Virus record (IMG/VR): IMGVR_UViG_2529293138_000010
Location: 1-7,600 of that record
Length of the DNA: 7,600 bases
From: a virus
Taxonomy: Duplodnaviria > Heunggongvirae > Uroviricota > Caudoviricetes
Reading direction: 5' to 3' (one strand)
In this document: positions 1 through 6,450 of the stretch, one piece after another
Position numbering within the stretch: position 1 is the stretch's first letter
How the letters are laid out: each line of letters opens with the position of its first letter
Translations under genes and position numbers: made by a program
Notes under the pieces: model-generated
Seen by the model: only the letters and a program-made list of their open reading frames with translations
Told to the model about the DNA's origin: nothing
Database searches by the model: none

Positions 1-1242
1 ATGGCGAGAAAAACACCCCCATTAACCACGGTGCAGATCAAAGCAGCCAGACCAGCGGAAAAGGAATACACCCTACAGGACGGCGGAGGGCTTTTTCTCC
101 TGGTCAAGCCGTCTGGATCCAAACTCTGGCGATTTTCCTACTACCGACCATCGGACAAAAAAAGAATATTGCTGAGTTTTGGATCGCTTGATGATGTTTC
201 CCTGGCTGATGCCAGAAAACGCCGTAGCGAGTACAGAGCGTTAATCAGTGCCGGAAGTGACCCGCAGGGCCATGAGAAGAAAAAACGAGAGGCAGAGGCC
301 CGAAGACAAAGGAACACGTTCGAAAATGTGGCGGCGGCATGGTACCAGGTGAAAATCAGCCAGAATCTGGCCCCCAACACTATTAAAGACATCTGGCGAT
401 CGCTGGATAAATATGTATTCCCGTTCATCGGAAACACGCCAGTAGACACCCTCACCGCCCGAAGATTCGTTGAGGTGATGACCCCCATCAAGGAGCGCGG
501 CAACCTGGAAACACTCAAGCGGGTTTTACAGCGCGTTAATGAGGTAATGGATTACGCCGCCAACAGTGGGCTGATTGATACCAATCCGGCTATGAATGTG
601 CGTAAGGCGTTCCCCTCCCCTGTAAAAAAACATATGCCAACAATCCGCCCCGAACAGCTGCCGGAGCTTATGCAGGCTTTATCAGTATCGGCAACAGAAC
701 GGCAGACCAGACTACTTATTGAGTGGCAGCTACTGACCGTAACCCGTCCCGTTGAAGCATCGTCGGCACGCTGGGAAGAAATCGACATAGAGGCGCAACG
801 CTGGACCATACCAGCCGGACGCATGAAGATGCGCCGCGACCACGTTATCCCGCTTTGTGACCAGGCTATGGCAGTGCTGGAGGCTATGAAACCAATCAGC
901 CACCACCGCGATTACGTTTTCCCGAGCCTGAAAGACCCACGGCAGCCGATGAACAGCCAGACCGCTAACGCAGCATTACGGCGCATGGGATTCGCTGGCG
1001 TGCTGGTGTCTCATGGATTACGCGCCATATTCAGCACAGCAGCGAACGAGGAAGGATTCGAGCCGGACGTAATAGAGGCGGCACTTGCCCACGTCGACAC
1101 CAACGAAGTGAGACGGGCATACAACAGGAGCAACTACATAGAAAAACGCGTGGTGCTTATGCGCTGGTGGGGCGAATTTGTCGAGGCTGCGGCGACGGGC
1201 GTAACCCTCGCCAGTGGTAAAAGGGGTATCCGAGCCGTGTAG
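1..1242 (+). CDS. int: Tyrosine-type site-specific integrase (P4/CP4-57-like prophage integrase family)
   Basis: 413-aa ORF from ATG at position 1. C-terminal catalytic signatures HGLRAIFST (box II H-x-x-R) and LAHVDTNEVRRAYNRSNY (His/Tyr nucleophile region) are typical of phage integrases; N-terminus resembles P4-type integrases. Confidence 0.9.
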   Translation: MARKTPPLTTVQIKAARPAEKEYTLQDGGGLFLLVKPSGSKLWRFSYYRPSDKKRILLSFGSLDDVSLADARKRRSEYRALISAGSDPQGHEKKKREAEARRQRNTFENVAAAWYQVKISQNLAPNTIKDIWRSLDKYVFPFIGNTPVDTLTARRFVEVMTPIKERGNLETLKRVLQRVNEVMDYAANSGLIDTNPAMNVRKAFPSPVKKHMPTIRPEQLPELMQALSVSATERQTRLLIEWQLLTVTRPVEASSARWEEIDIEAQRWTIPAGRMKMRRDHVIPLCDQAMAVLEAMKPISHHRDYVFPSLKDPRQPMNSQTANAALRRMGFAGVLVSHGLRAIFSTAANEEGFEPDVIEAALAHVDTNEVRRAYNRSNYIEKRVVLMRWWGEFVEAAATGVTLASGKRGIRAV

Positions 1243-1286
1243 CTGTACAGAAAACCAGTAAAAACTACGAAAATAATGCAAAACCG

Positions 1287-1296
1287 TTGTATAATT
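1287..1296 (+). promoter_or_regulatory. Possible extended -10-like element (TTGTATAATT) upstream of small ORF
   Basis: TATAAT at 1290-1295 preceded by TG at 1288-1289; no convincing -35. Sequence-only prediction. Confidence 0.3.
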
Positions 1297-1331
1297 GCAC
1301 TAAATTTAACGGCGCCAGCGAGGTCATGAGC

Positions 1332-1562
1332 ATGAACACATCACCCGCGACCCATTTCGATGGTTTACAACTGGCCCTGATGGTCCAACATGAATTTTGG
1401 TCAACCTACGATCCAGAGGACAGAGCGACGGCCCCAACAAAAAAAGACGTTGTTGAGTTTCTGGTATCCCGTGGGGCATCCAGGAATATGGCTGAAAGTA
1501 TCGACAGGGTAGTTCGTCCGGCAACCATGAAGACCGGAGGCAGACCAAAAAAATGGCGATAA
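1332..1562 (+). CDS. Hypothetical small protein (76 aa, basic C-terminus GGRPKKWR)
   Basis: ATG at 1332 with GAGG (1320-1323) 8 nt upstream; the ORF-track frame opens at TTG 1287. Followed directly by an intrinsic terminator. No family recognised. Confidence 0.45.
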   Translation: MNTSPATHFDGLQLALMVQHEFWSTYDPEDRATAPTKKDVVEFLVSRGASRNMAESIDRVVRPATMKTGGRPKKWR

Positions 1563-1572
1563 CAATCCTCAA

Positions 1573-1596
1573 AGCGGCAGAAATGCCGCTTTTTTT
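1573..1596 (+). terminator. Rho-independent terminator
   Basis: Stem AGCGGCA (1573-1579), loop GAAA, TGCCGCT (1584-1590), then T-run to 1596. Confidence 0.7.
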
Positions 1597-1625
1597 ATAA
1601 ATCCCTTTCAAATCACCAACATAAA

Positions 1626-1652
1626 AAACGTTTCTAACCGTTTAAAAACGGT
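1626..1652. promoter_or_regulatory. Palindromic elements upstream of alpA (possible operator or recombinase-binding sites)
   Basis: AAACGTTT palindrome (1626-1633) and perfect palindrome ACCGTTT-AA-AAACGGT (1637-1652); direct repeats CACCGGAAT/CACCGGATT at 1695-1713 lie further downstream. Confidence 0.3.
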
Positions 1653-1729
1653 GGGAACTGTTTTTACCAATATCCGATGATTTACCGTATTTCTCACCGG
1701 AATACACCGGATTAATGAGGTAAATCACG

Positions 1730-1936
1730 ATGGAAGCAATCAAAAAAGTCATCTTTCGCCAGGAAGTAAAAAAACTTATCCACATCAAGGCAAACAGCAC
1801 GCTTCAAAGCATGATCAACGCCGGAGAATTTCCGCAGGGTTTTCGCGTTGGTTTACGCCGTCGCGGATGGTATGAGGAAGACGTAATCGCATGGATGAAA
1901 GAACGTGAGCAGGAAGCACGCGAAACGGCTGCGTAA
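1730..1936 (+). CDS. alpA: AlpA-family phage transcriptional regulator / excisionase-like HTH protein
   Basis: 68-aa ORF with GAGG (1717-1720) 9 nt upstream of ATG. Sequence LIHIKANSTLQSMINAGEFPQGFRVGLRRRGWYEEDVIAWM matches the AlpA/Vis HTH pattern (…FP…G…GW.E.E…W). Confidence 0.85.
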   Translation: MEAIKKVIFRQEVKKLIHIKANSTLQSMINAGEFPQGFRVGLRRRGWYEEDVIAWMKEREQEARETAA

Positions 1937-1966
1937 TGGTGTGAGGCATAACACGATGAACATAAC

Positions 1967-1991
1967 AAAAAGCGCCCCGTTACCGGAGCGC
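1967..1991 (-). terminator. Candidate intrinsic terminator for leftward transcription (convergent with alpA)
   Basis: On the minus strand: GCGCTCC / GGTAAC loop / GGGGCGC (7-bp stem with one G-U pair) followed by TTTTT (plus-strand A-run 1967-1971). Confidence 0.4.
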
Positions 1992-2081
1992 CCTTGCGAA
2001 CAATTAACCTGCTGCGAAAAAATTGGATCAGTGCAGGGGAATTATATCAACTGTGTGAAGAAGCGCCACAATTGCCGGATA

Positions 2082-2115
2082 ACAGGCAAAACAAAGGCCA
2101 CCTGCTACGGTGGCC
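2082..2115 (-). terminator. Candidate intrinsic terminator of the leftward small-gene operon
   Basis: Perfect 7-bp stem GGCCACC (2096-2102) / GGTGGCC (2109-2115) with 6-nt loop; on the minus strand it is followed by TTTGTTTTG (2095-2087). Confidence 0.5.
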
Positions 2116-2218
2116 ATTCGACACAAGCTACACGTTATCCCCAACGCATGAGCATAACCAACAATGCCACATTTGCGGCTGGTGGGCAAAGCGTAACCGG
2201 AAAAAAATTCCGGTGGGG

Positions 2219-2344
2219 CTATTCCTGTTCTTTGTCCTTGCGTCGCTGGCGACGTTTGATCTCATGCAGAATTTTTTCAGGTAAGAATCCTGCTGATTTA
2301 TTTTCTGGTAGCAATGGTTTGTTATCCGTCTGCTTCCTGGTCAT
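2219..2344 (-). CDS. Hypothetical 41-aa peptide (MTRKQTDNKPLLPENKSAGFLPEKILHEIKRRQRRKDKEQE), basic C-terminus
   Basis: Not in the ORF track (below its length cut-off); found by manual reverse-complement translation. ATG at 2344 lies 3 nt after the stop of the upstream 60-aa ORF (TGAtgtATG), with an AAAGG SD-like motif 7 nt upstream; same frame as the two upstream minus ORFs. A CCGGAA/TTCCGG hairpin follows the stop. Confidence 0.3.
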   Translation of the reverse strand: MTRKQTDNKPLLPENKSAGFLPEKILHEIKRRQRRKDKEQE

Positions 2345-2347
2345 ACA

Positions 2348-2530
2348 TCAACCTTTTGGTTCGTTACGTTTCCATACCTGCAATGGGCGCGTTTTCCTGT
2401 ACTCTTTTAGGAATATCTCAAGAGCAAACGCACACGGTGCGAATCTTTCTGATTCATGCTCGAGCGCCATATTTTCGTGCTCTCTTTTCGTTTTTTGCGA
2501 TGGTGTATTGGTTGATTCTTTGTTGGTCAT
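2348..2530 (-). CDS. Hypothetical 60-aa protein
   Basis: Minus-strand ORF starting 58 nt downstream of the RHH-like gene, with AGGAA 7 nt upstream of ATG. No family recognised. Confidence 0.35.
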   Translation of the reverse strand: MTNKESTNTPSQKTKREHENMALEHESERFAPCAFALEIFLKEYRKTRPLQVWKRNEPKG

Positions 2531-2587
2531 TGTGTGTTCCTGTAAAGCAATGCGCCGGAGTTCCTCACACCACGGCGCTGATAGTGA

Positions 2588-2893
2588 TTATTCTGATTCT
2601 TTGGCCTTGCGGCGCTGGAGTTCTTCACGCGCGACGGTGACGAGTTGCCCGATCTCCTCGGCTGCTTTGACACCGATTTTTTCCACCTGCGCCAGTGCAT
2701 CGAGCGAAGAAACCAGGGGATTTTCTCCGCTTCCTTCTGCCTGGCGGCGGGCGATTTCACCGCGAACGGCTGTAATCACGAAAGCGGCTATTGTTTCCCC
2801 TTCCGTTTTCGAATTTTCCATTTCCTCGATTACATCATGGGGGAAGCGGATATTTTTCATTTGCGATCTGCTGTTGATGTTTCCTGTTGCCAT
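2588..2893 (-). CDS. Putative ribbon-helix-helix (Arc/MetJ/CopG-like) DNA-binding regulator; candidate island repressor
   Basis: 101-aa ORF diverging from the palindrome-rich intergenic region. N-terminal KNIRFPHDVIEEMENSKTEGETIAAFVITAV fits a beta-strand/helix/helix RHH pattern; acidic/basic helical C-terminus. True start may be the internal MKNIRF. Confidence 0.55.
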   Translation of the reverse strand: MATGNINSRSQMKNIRFPHDVIEEMENSKTEGETIAAFVITAVRGEIARRQAEGSGENPLVSSLDALAQVEKIGVKAAEEIGQLVTVAREELQRRKAKESE

Positions 2894-2910
2894 CAGAATG
2901 TCCGGTTATT

Positions 2911-3018
2911 TTGAGGTGTGTACACATTACACCAAAAGGTGTGTTGATAAAACACTTGACACTGTAGCACACTTAAATCTAATCTGTATATACACCAATT
3001 ATTGTAGTGTATATACAG
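2911..3018. promoter_or_regulatory. Divergent control region with multiple operators
   Basis: Palindrome TGTGTACACA (2917-2926); inverted repeat ACACC-AAAA-GGTGT (2929-2942); repeated ACAC/GTGT motifs; perfect 12-bp inverted repeat CTGTATATACAC (2984-2995) / GTGTATATACAG (3007-3018) separated by 11 bp. Confidence 0.55.
2956..2985 (+). promoter_or_regulatory. Predicted sigma70 promoter for the rightward (replication) operon
   Basis: Consensus -35 TTGACA (2956-2961), 18-bp spacer, -10 TAATCT (2980-2985). The 12-bp inverted repeat begins at the 3' edge of the -10 and would cover the start site. Confidence 0.45.
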
Positions 3019-3252
3019 CAACGCCCCGCAGTGGTGGTACACATGCAGGGCGTCTAACCACCAACGATAACGAGAGTATCGAGGTAGCTATGAGAAATCA
3101 TACCACACACCCGCAAGGGCGGGACTCGCACAACCTGAATAAAGCGGGTATGAAAAACCTGTTGATCGCCACTGCCAGCCAGGGCTATGATTCATGTGCA
3201 CCTCATAAAACGGGTGCCGGGATTACCACCCCGCTGATGTCCAGGGCGATAC

Positions 3253-3275
3253 AGACGCCGCACGCGTCTTTTTTT
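3253..3275 (+). terminator. Intrinsic terminator / attenuator inside the rightward leader
   Basis: Stem AGACGC (3253-3258), loop CGCAC, GCGTCT (3264-3269), followed by a T7 run (3269-3275); about 280 nt downstream of the predicted promoter and 165 nt upstream of the first strong RBS. Confidence 0.55.
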
Positions 3276-3440
3276 GTATCGGCGCACACGCACACCTTAA
3301 CAATGGTGGGCTGTACGGGGCCGACTTCGGTCTGGCTGGTCACCTTGGACGCCAGTTGTGGTAACCCTGTACAGTCCACCGCCAGCGAGATTACCACCTC
3401 CGGCGGTGGGGATATCCCAACGTCTAAGGAGGCTGCCAAC

Positions 3441-3632
3441 ATGGCTACTACCCCTACCCTTATACATTCTCAAACTGCCTTTATCTGGCGCTTTATTGCC
3501 TTTGGCGCGTCAGAATCCCAAATCATCAACGTAACCGCCTGGACAGAACGCGAAGCGCGTAACCATTGCCCGTCAGGTTGTGTCGCTGTATTTGCCGCCC
3601 GTATTCGTCAGGGGAAAACCTATGCACAATAA
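3441..3632 (+). CDS. Small protein (63 aa), possibly Icd-like (tentative, from memory of similar islands)
   Basis: Strong SD AAGGAGG (3426-3432) 8 nt upstream of ATG 3441. Sequence MATTPTLIHSQTAFIWRFIAFG…TAWTEREARNHCPSGCVAVFAARI. The frame is open upstream to 3090, so a longer form cannot be excluded. Confidence 0.5.
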   Translation: MATTPTLIHSQTAFIWRFIAFGASESQIINVTAWTEREARNHCPSGCVAVFAARIRQGKTYAQ

Positions 3633-4086
3633 AACCACACCGGACGCAGCAGCTGCCGAGCTCACTACGCTGATGCACGCGCTGATTGATATTTCTGTTA
3701 TTGCTGACAGGGCGCATAAGCACGCCACCAGTGAAACAGAATATGCATGGGCTTTCGTTCCTCATTCGCTGGCGGTTATGCAACTTAGTGCGGATATGGC
3801 GCTGAATGAGGCCAAAGCCATCCTGATTGCTGATTGTGAAAATGGGGGGGTTATGCGTGATGATCGTTTTAATTCCCTGAAACAGGAATTTTCCGGCGTA
3901 TCTGATGATGCGGCTGATGCGCTTTCGTCAATGCCAGAACTTATTAGAGCGGCTTTTTTCTTACTTTCCACGAAAGAATATAAATCAACGGGACTTGATG
4001 TACTGAATATCGCCGCCGATTATGCGGAATATGTGGCAGAGGCGCGTTACAGAAGAAAATTTCCTGAGGATGTAAGCCATGCGTGA
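3622..4086 (+). CDS. Hypothetical protein (154 aa)
   Basis: ATG 3622 with GGGGA 6 nt upstream, overlapping the previous stop by 11 nt; the ORF-track frame opens at 3580. No family recognised. Confidence 0.55.
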   Translation: MHNKTTPDAAAAELTTLMHALIDISVIADRAHKHATSETEYAWAFVPHSLAVMQLSADMALNEAKAILIADCENGGVMRDDRFNSLKQEFSGVSDDAADALSSMPELIRAAFFLLSTKEYKSTGLDVLNIAADYAEYVAEARYRRKFPEDVSHA

Positions 4087-4312
4087 TATTTACATTGAAA
4101 CAATAGACCGCGCATTTAGTGCCCTTGCTTACGCTGAAGGTATGTACGAAATATTGCAAATGTGGCTGGAAACATTTGACGATAATGAGCGTGATGTAAA
4201 GAAGGCGCGGATTATTAAATCACTGATAACTCTCCTTGAACATGTAATAACAGAGTTGCAGGAAATAGACTTATTGCACGACAGATATAACGAACAGCAC
4301 ACCGGAGAATAA
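4079..4312 (+). CDS. Hypothetical protein (77 aa, acidic)
   Basis: ATG overlaps the upstream stop (ATGCGTGA at 4079-4086), suggesting translational coupling. Confidence 0.55.
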   Translation: MRDIYIETIDRAFSALAYAEGMYEILQMWLETFDDNERDVKKARIIKSLITLLEHVITELQEIDLLHDRYNEQHTGE

Positions 4313-4317
4313 AAATA

Positions 4318-4605
4318 ATGAAACTTAAATATTCTGGCTTAACTGCCAGCGGCACCGCTCGGCCTGAAATCCGTAACGGCGATATTTACCGCGATAAATA
4401 TGGCGGCATGGTAACGATTAAAGGCGTGGCAGAACGGCGCATCACCTACCGCCGTGAAGGTTACGAATATGATTGCGTGATGCCTGTTTATCAATTCCGG
4501 CGTGATTTCACGCTGGTAGGCCAGCGTAAAGCCGTTAATCAGAAACGTGCAACAGGTTATATCCGCAAAATCCGTGAAATGCTGGTCGCAGGGGGTAAGA
4601 AATGA
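4318..4605 (+). CDS. Hypothetical small basic protein (95 aa), possibly DUF4222-like
   Basis: GGAG (4304-4307) upstream of ATG 4318; its stop overlaps the next start (ATGA at 4602-4605). Motifs YRDKYGGMVTIKGV…ITYRREGYEYDCVMP. Family assignment is from memory only. Confidence 0.55.
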   Translation: MKLKYSGLTASGTARPEIRNGDIYRDKYGGMVTIKGVAERRITYRREGYEYDCVMPVYQFRRDFTLVGQRKAVNQKRATGYIRKIREMLVAGGKK

Positions 4606-5999
4606 AACTGGCACCGAACGTAAAACGATTACCGAAAGATAAATACACCGATGCGATTATTTTTGCGGGTATTGATGCTCACTCATTCGCAGAGCATTAC
4701 ATCATTGCACAGGCCAAAAAAGCAGGCGATCCAGTCCCTCCCGTTTATCTGGGGCGTTATCAGTTAAGCGAACTGGATAACCTCCAGATTGTTGATGATG
4801 GGCGATACAGGGCGACGGTGATACGCGCCGGAAATATTGAAGAGCCGCAGCTGTTAACCATCGCCACGAAACTGGCGATCGCCGGAGTCCAGGAGGCGCG
4901 GCTACTTTCTGAAAATTTCGAATTGCTGGAGGAATGGAGCGACCAGCTTCCACGGCTTAGGGAGACATGGGAACGCGGGGAAAGCCTGAGCAACCAGCGA
5001 AAAACCACGCTACCAATGAGCGTGGGATCTGCCGGATACGACACACAACTTGATTACGTGGTTAAGGGAATTATTCCGGCTGTATCGCTTTGCAGCATAT
5101 ACGGGGCGAGCGGTTCCTATAAATCATTCCTTGCCGGATCGTGGGCGTGTCACGTTTCCACTGGCCGCCAGTGGGGATGCCGCAGGGTGGCGCATGGCGC
5201 TGTTCTCTATGTGGTTGGTGAAGGCGGTATCGGCGTTCCTCGTCGTGTAAAAGCCTGGGAGGTTGTGCACGGTGAGCAGGTGAAAAATCTGTATCTGGTA
5301 AACCGTCCCATCTTTCCGGCTGCCCCGCTTGATGTTGATGAAATGGTTATCGCTGCCCGTCAGGTGGAACGGGAAACGGGTAAACCTGTACGCATGATTA
5401 TTCTGGATACGCTGGCGCGGTGCTTTGGTGGCAATGATGAAAATGATTCCCGTGATATGGGGGCGTTTATCCGTGGGTGTGACGAACTGAAACGACGCAC
5501 AGGGGCCACGGTGCTGGTGGTTCACCATTCCGGCAAGGATGAAACAAAGGGAGCGCGTGGTTCCAGTGCATTTCGTGCTTCGCTGGATGCTGAATACCGG
5601 ATACGCAGGGAGGACGCAGGAAGCGAAGCCCTGGTTATCTCATGCACCAAAATGAAGGATGCGGAGGAACTCAAAGAAGCCGCATATGACTTACGCGTGG
5701 TGGAGCTTTTTACCGACGCTGACGGGGAGTTAATCACGTCGCTGGTGGTGGTGGATAAGCCGCGCCCTCCCGTTGAACTGGAGCGCATCGAGGAGGCTGG
5801 CAACAAGACGGAAAACCATACCGCGCTATGGGGATGCATACGTTCACGCACACAGAACGGAGACAAGTGCACGATCCCGCTGTTACGTGATGACATGAAA
5901 AAACTGGGGTACGAAATGAAAAACTTCCGGCGCTGGCTGTACAAGCTGGAAAAAGACAGGGTTATTCGTATCGATGGGGATGATGTAGCGCCGCTATAA
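4602..5999 (+). CDS. Replication-associated P-loop ATPase (RecA-fold, RepA/DnaB-like AAA_25-type helicase)
   Basis: 465-aa ORF with Walker A-like YGASGSYKSF, Walker B-like VRMIILDTLAR and downstream VLVVHHSGKD, typical of RecA-fold replicative helicases; iteron-like repeats lie immediately 3'. Confidence 0.8.
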   Translation: MKLAPNVKRLPKDKYTDAIIFAGIDAHSFAEHYIIAQAKKAGDPVPPVYLGRYQLSELDNLQIVDDGRYRATVIRAGNIEEPQLLTIATKLAIAGVQEARLLSENFELLEEWSDQLPRLRETWERGESLSNQRKTTLPMSVGSAGYDTQLDYVVKGIIPAVSLCSIYGASGSYKSFLAGSWACHVSTGRQWGCRRVAHGAVLYVVGEGGIGVPRRVKAWEVVHGEQVKNLYLVNRPIFPAAPLDVDEMVIAARQVERETGKPVRMIILDTLARCFGGNDENDSRDMGAFIRGCDELKRRTGATVLVVHHSGKDETKGARGSSAFRASLDAEYRIRREDAGSEALVISCTKMKDAEELKEAAYDLRVVELFTDADGELITSLVVVDKPRPPVELERIEEAGNKTENHTALWGCIRSRTQNGDKCTIPLLRDDMKKLGYEMKNFRRWLYKLEKDRVIRIDGDDVAPL

Positions 6000-6188
6000 A
6001 GTGAGGTGCAAAAGCGAGGGGTATAGAAGGAGGGCCAAAATTAGACCGCTACCCCTCACTTTTCGGCCTGTATACATCCTCAAAAGTGAGGGGCAAAAAA
6101 ATACTTATGAAACACACACATAGAAAAAGCGAAAATCTCAAGCGAGACGGAGCCAGACACTTTAAAAAGTGAGGCGAAAAAGTGAGAG
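5998..6188. repeat. Iteron-like repeat array (candidate origin of replication)
   Basis: AAAGTGAG(G) copies at 5998-6006, 6083-6093, 6166-6174 and 6179-6186; inverted copy at 6052-6062; variants AAAGCGAGGG at 6011-6020 and 6141-6150 region. The inverted pair CCCCTCACTTTT (6052-6063) / AAAAGTGAGGGG (6082-6093) can form a 12-bp stem. Confidence 0.5.
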
Positions 6189-6198
6189 TTTGCGAGAA

Positions 6199-6450
6199 AT
6201 GAACAAAATGCGTAGAGACAGAACAGAGCCAAAATATAAAGCGTTAGACATGACAGAGCACGCTTTAAAGGTGGCAATCAGAACGATAGACCGCCACGCG
6301 GGGGAAGGATACGCGAAGGAACATCCCGACCTGATAAGCGCATTCATGACCACAGCAGCGGCAAACTTTGCCACGCTGACAGAACGGGAGATTGCCGAAG
6401 CGGAACAGGTAACAACCATCAACGTTAAAACCGGAGAGCAGACAGCATGA
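6199..6450 (+). CDS. Hypothetical protein (83 aa)
   Basis: ORF-track frame 6169..6450 opens at a GTG inside the repeat array; first ATG is at 6199. Its stop overlaps the ssb start (ATGA at 6447-6450). Start is uncertain. Confidence 0.45.
   Translation: MNKMRRDRTEPKYKALDMTEHALKVAIRTIDRHAGEGYAKEHPDLISAFMTTAAANFATLTEREIAEAEQVTTINVKTGEQTA

Noticed and set aside
141-1281. Minus-strand ORFs inside the integrase gene (141..518, 552..824, 1018..1281)
   Set aside because: Antisense shadow ORFs within a well-supported integrase CDS.
1324-1611. 95-aa minus-strand ORF
   Set aside because: Antisense to the small plus ORF and crosses the plus-strand terminator hairpin.
1994-2284. 96-aa plus-strand ORF
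   Set aside because: Spans two predicted minus-strand terminator hairpins and lacks an RBS; likely non-coding.
2314-2640. 108-aa hydrophobic plus-strand ORF
   Set aside because: Overlaps the minus-strand micro-operon in another frame with no RBS; the composition looks like an antisense artefact.
2527-2760. 77-aa minus-strand ORF (Arg/Ser/Asn-rich)
   Set aside because: Out of frame with, and overlapping, the better-supported RHH-like ORF; low-complexity composition.
2984-3018. Canonical LexA (SOS) box
   Set aside because: The arms resemble CTGTATAT half-sites, but no CTGT-N8-ACAG 16-mer with correct spacing is present, so it is reported only as an operator-like inverted repeat.
1905-3632. 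575-codon stop-free plus-strand frame (largest ORF in the window)
   Set aside because: The translation is low-complexity (Cys/Ser/Arg-rich) and runs through the alpA stop region, minus-strand terminators, the palindromic promoter region and a plus-strand intrinsic terminator. Its 5' two-thirds sit at a fixed antisense offset to three minus-strand ORFs that share one frame and contain almost no Tyr codons, which suppresses stops in this shadow frame. Only the last 63 codons (3441-3632, strong RBS) are treated as coding; 3090-3440 stays ambiguous.
3203-4614. Minus-strand ORFs 3203..3442, 3526..3783, 3762..3971, 3944..4159, 4339..4614
   Set aside because: All are antisense to the coupled rightward gene chain or leader and lack start signals.
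4702-5944. Minus-strand and alternate-frame ORFs inside the ATPase gene (4702..4953, 4760..5044, 5050..5250, 5124..5528, 5522..5944)
   Set aside because: Embedded in a CDS with clear Walker motifs; shadow frames.
5998-6188. CRISPR array
   Set aside because: The repeats are short (8-11 bp), irregularly spaced and in mixed orientation, with no repeat-spacer periodicity; more consistent with iterons.
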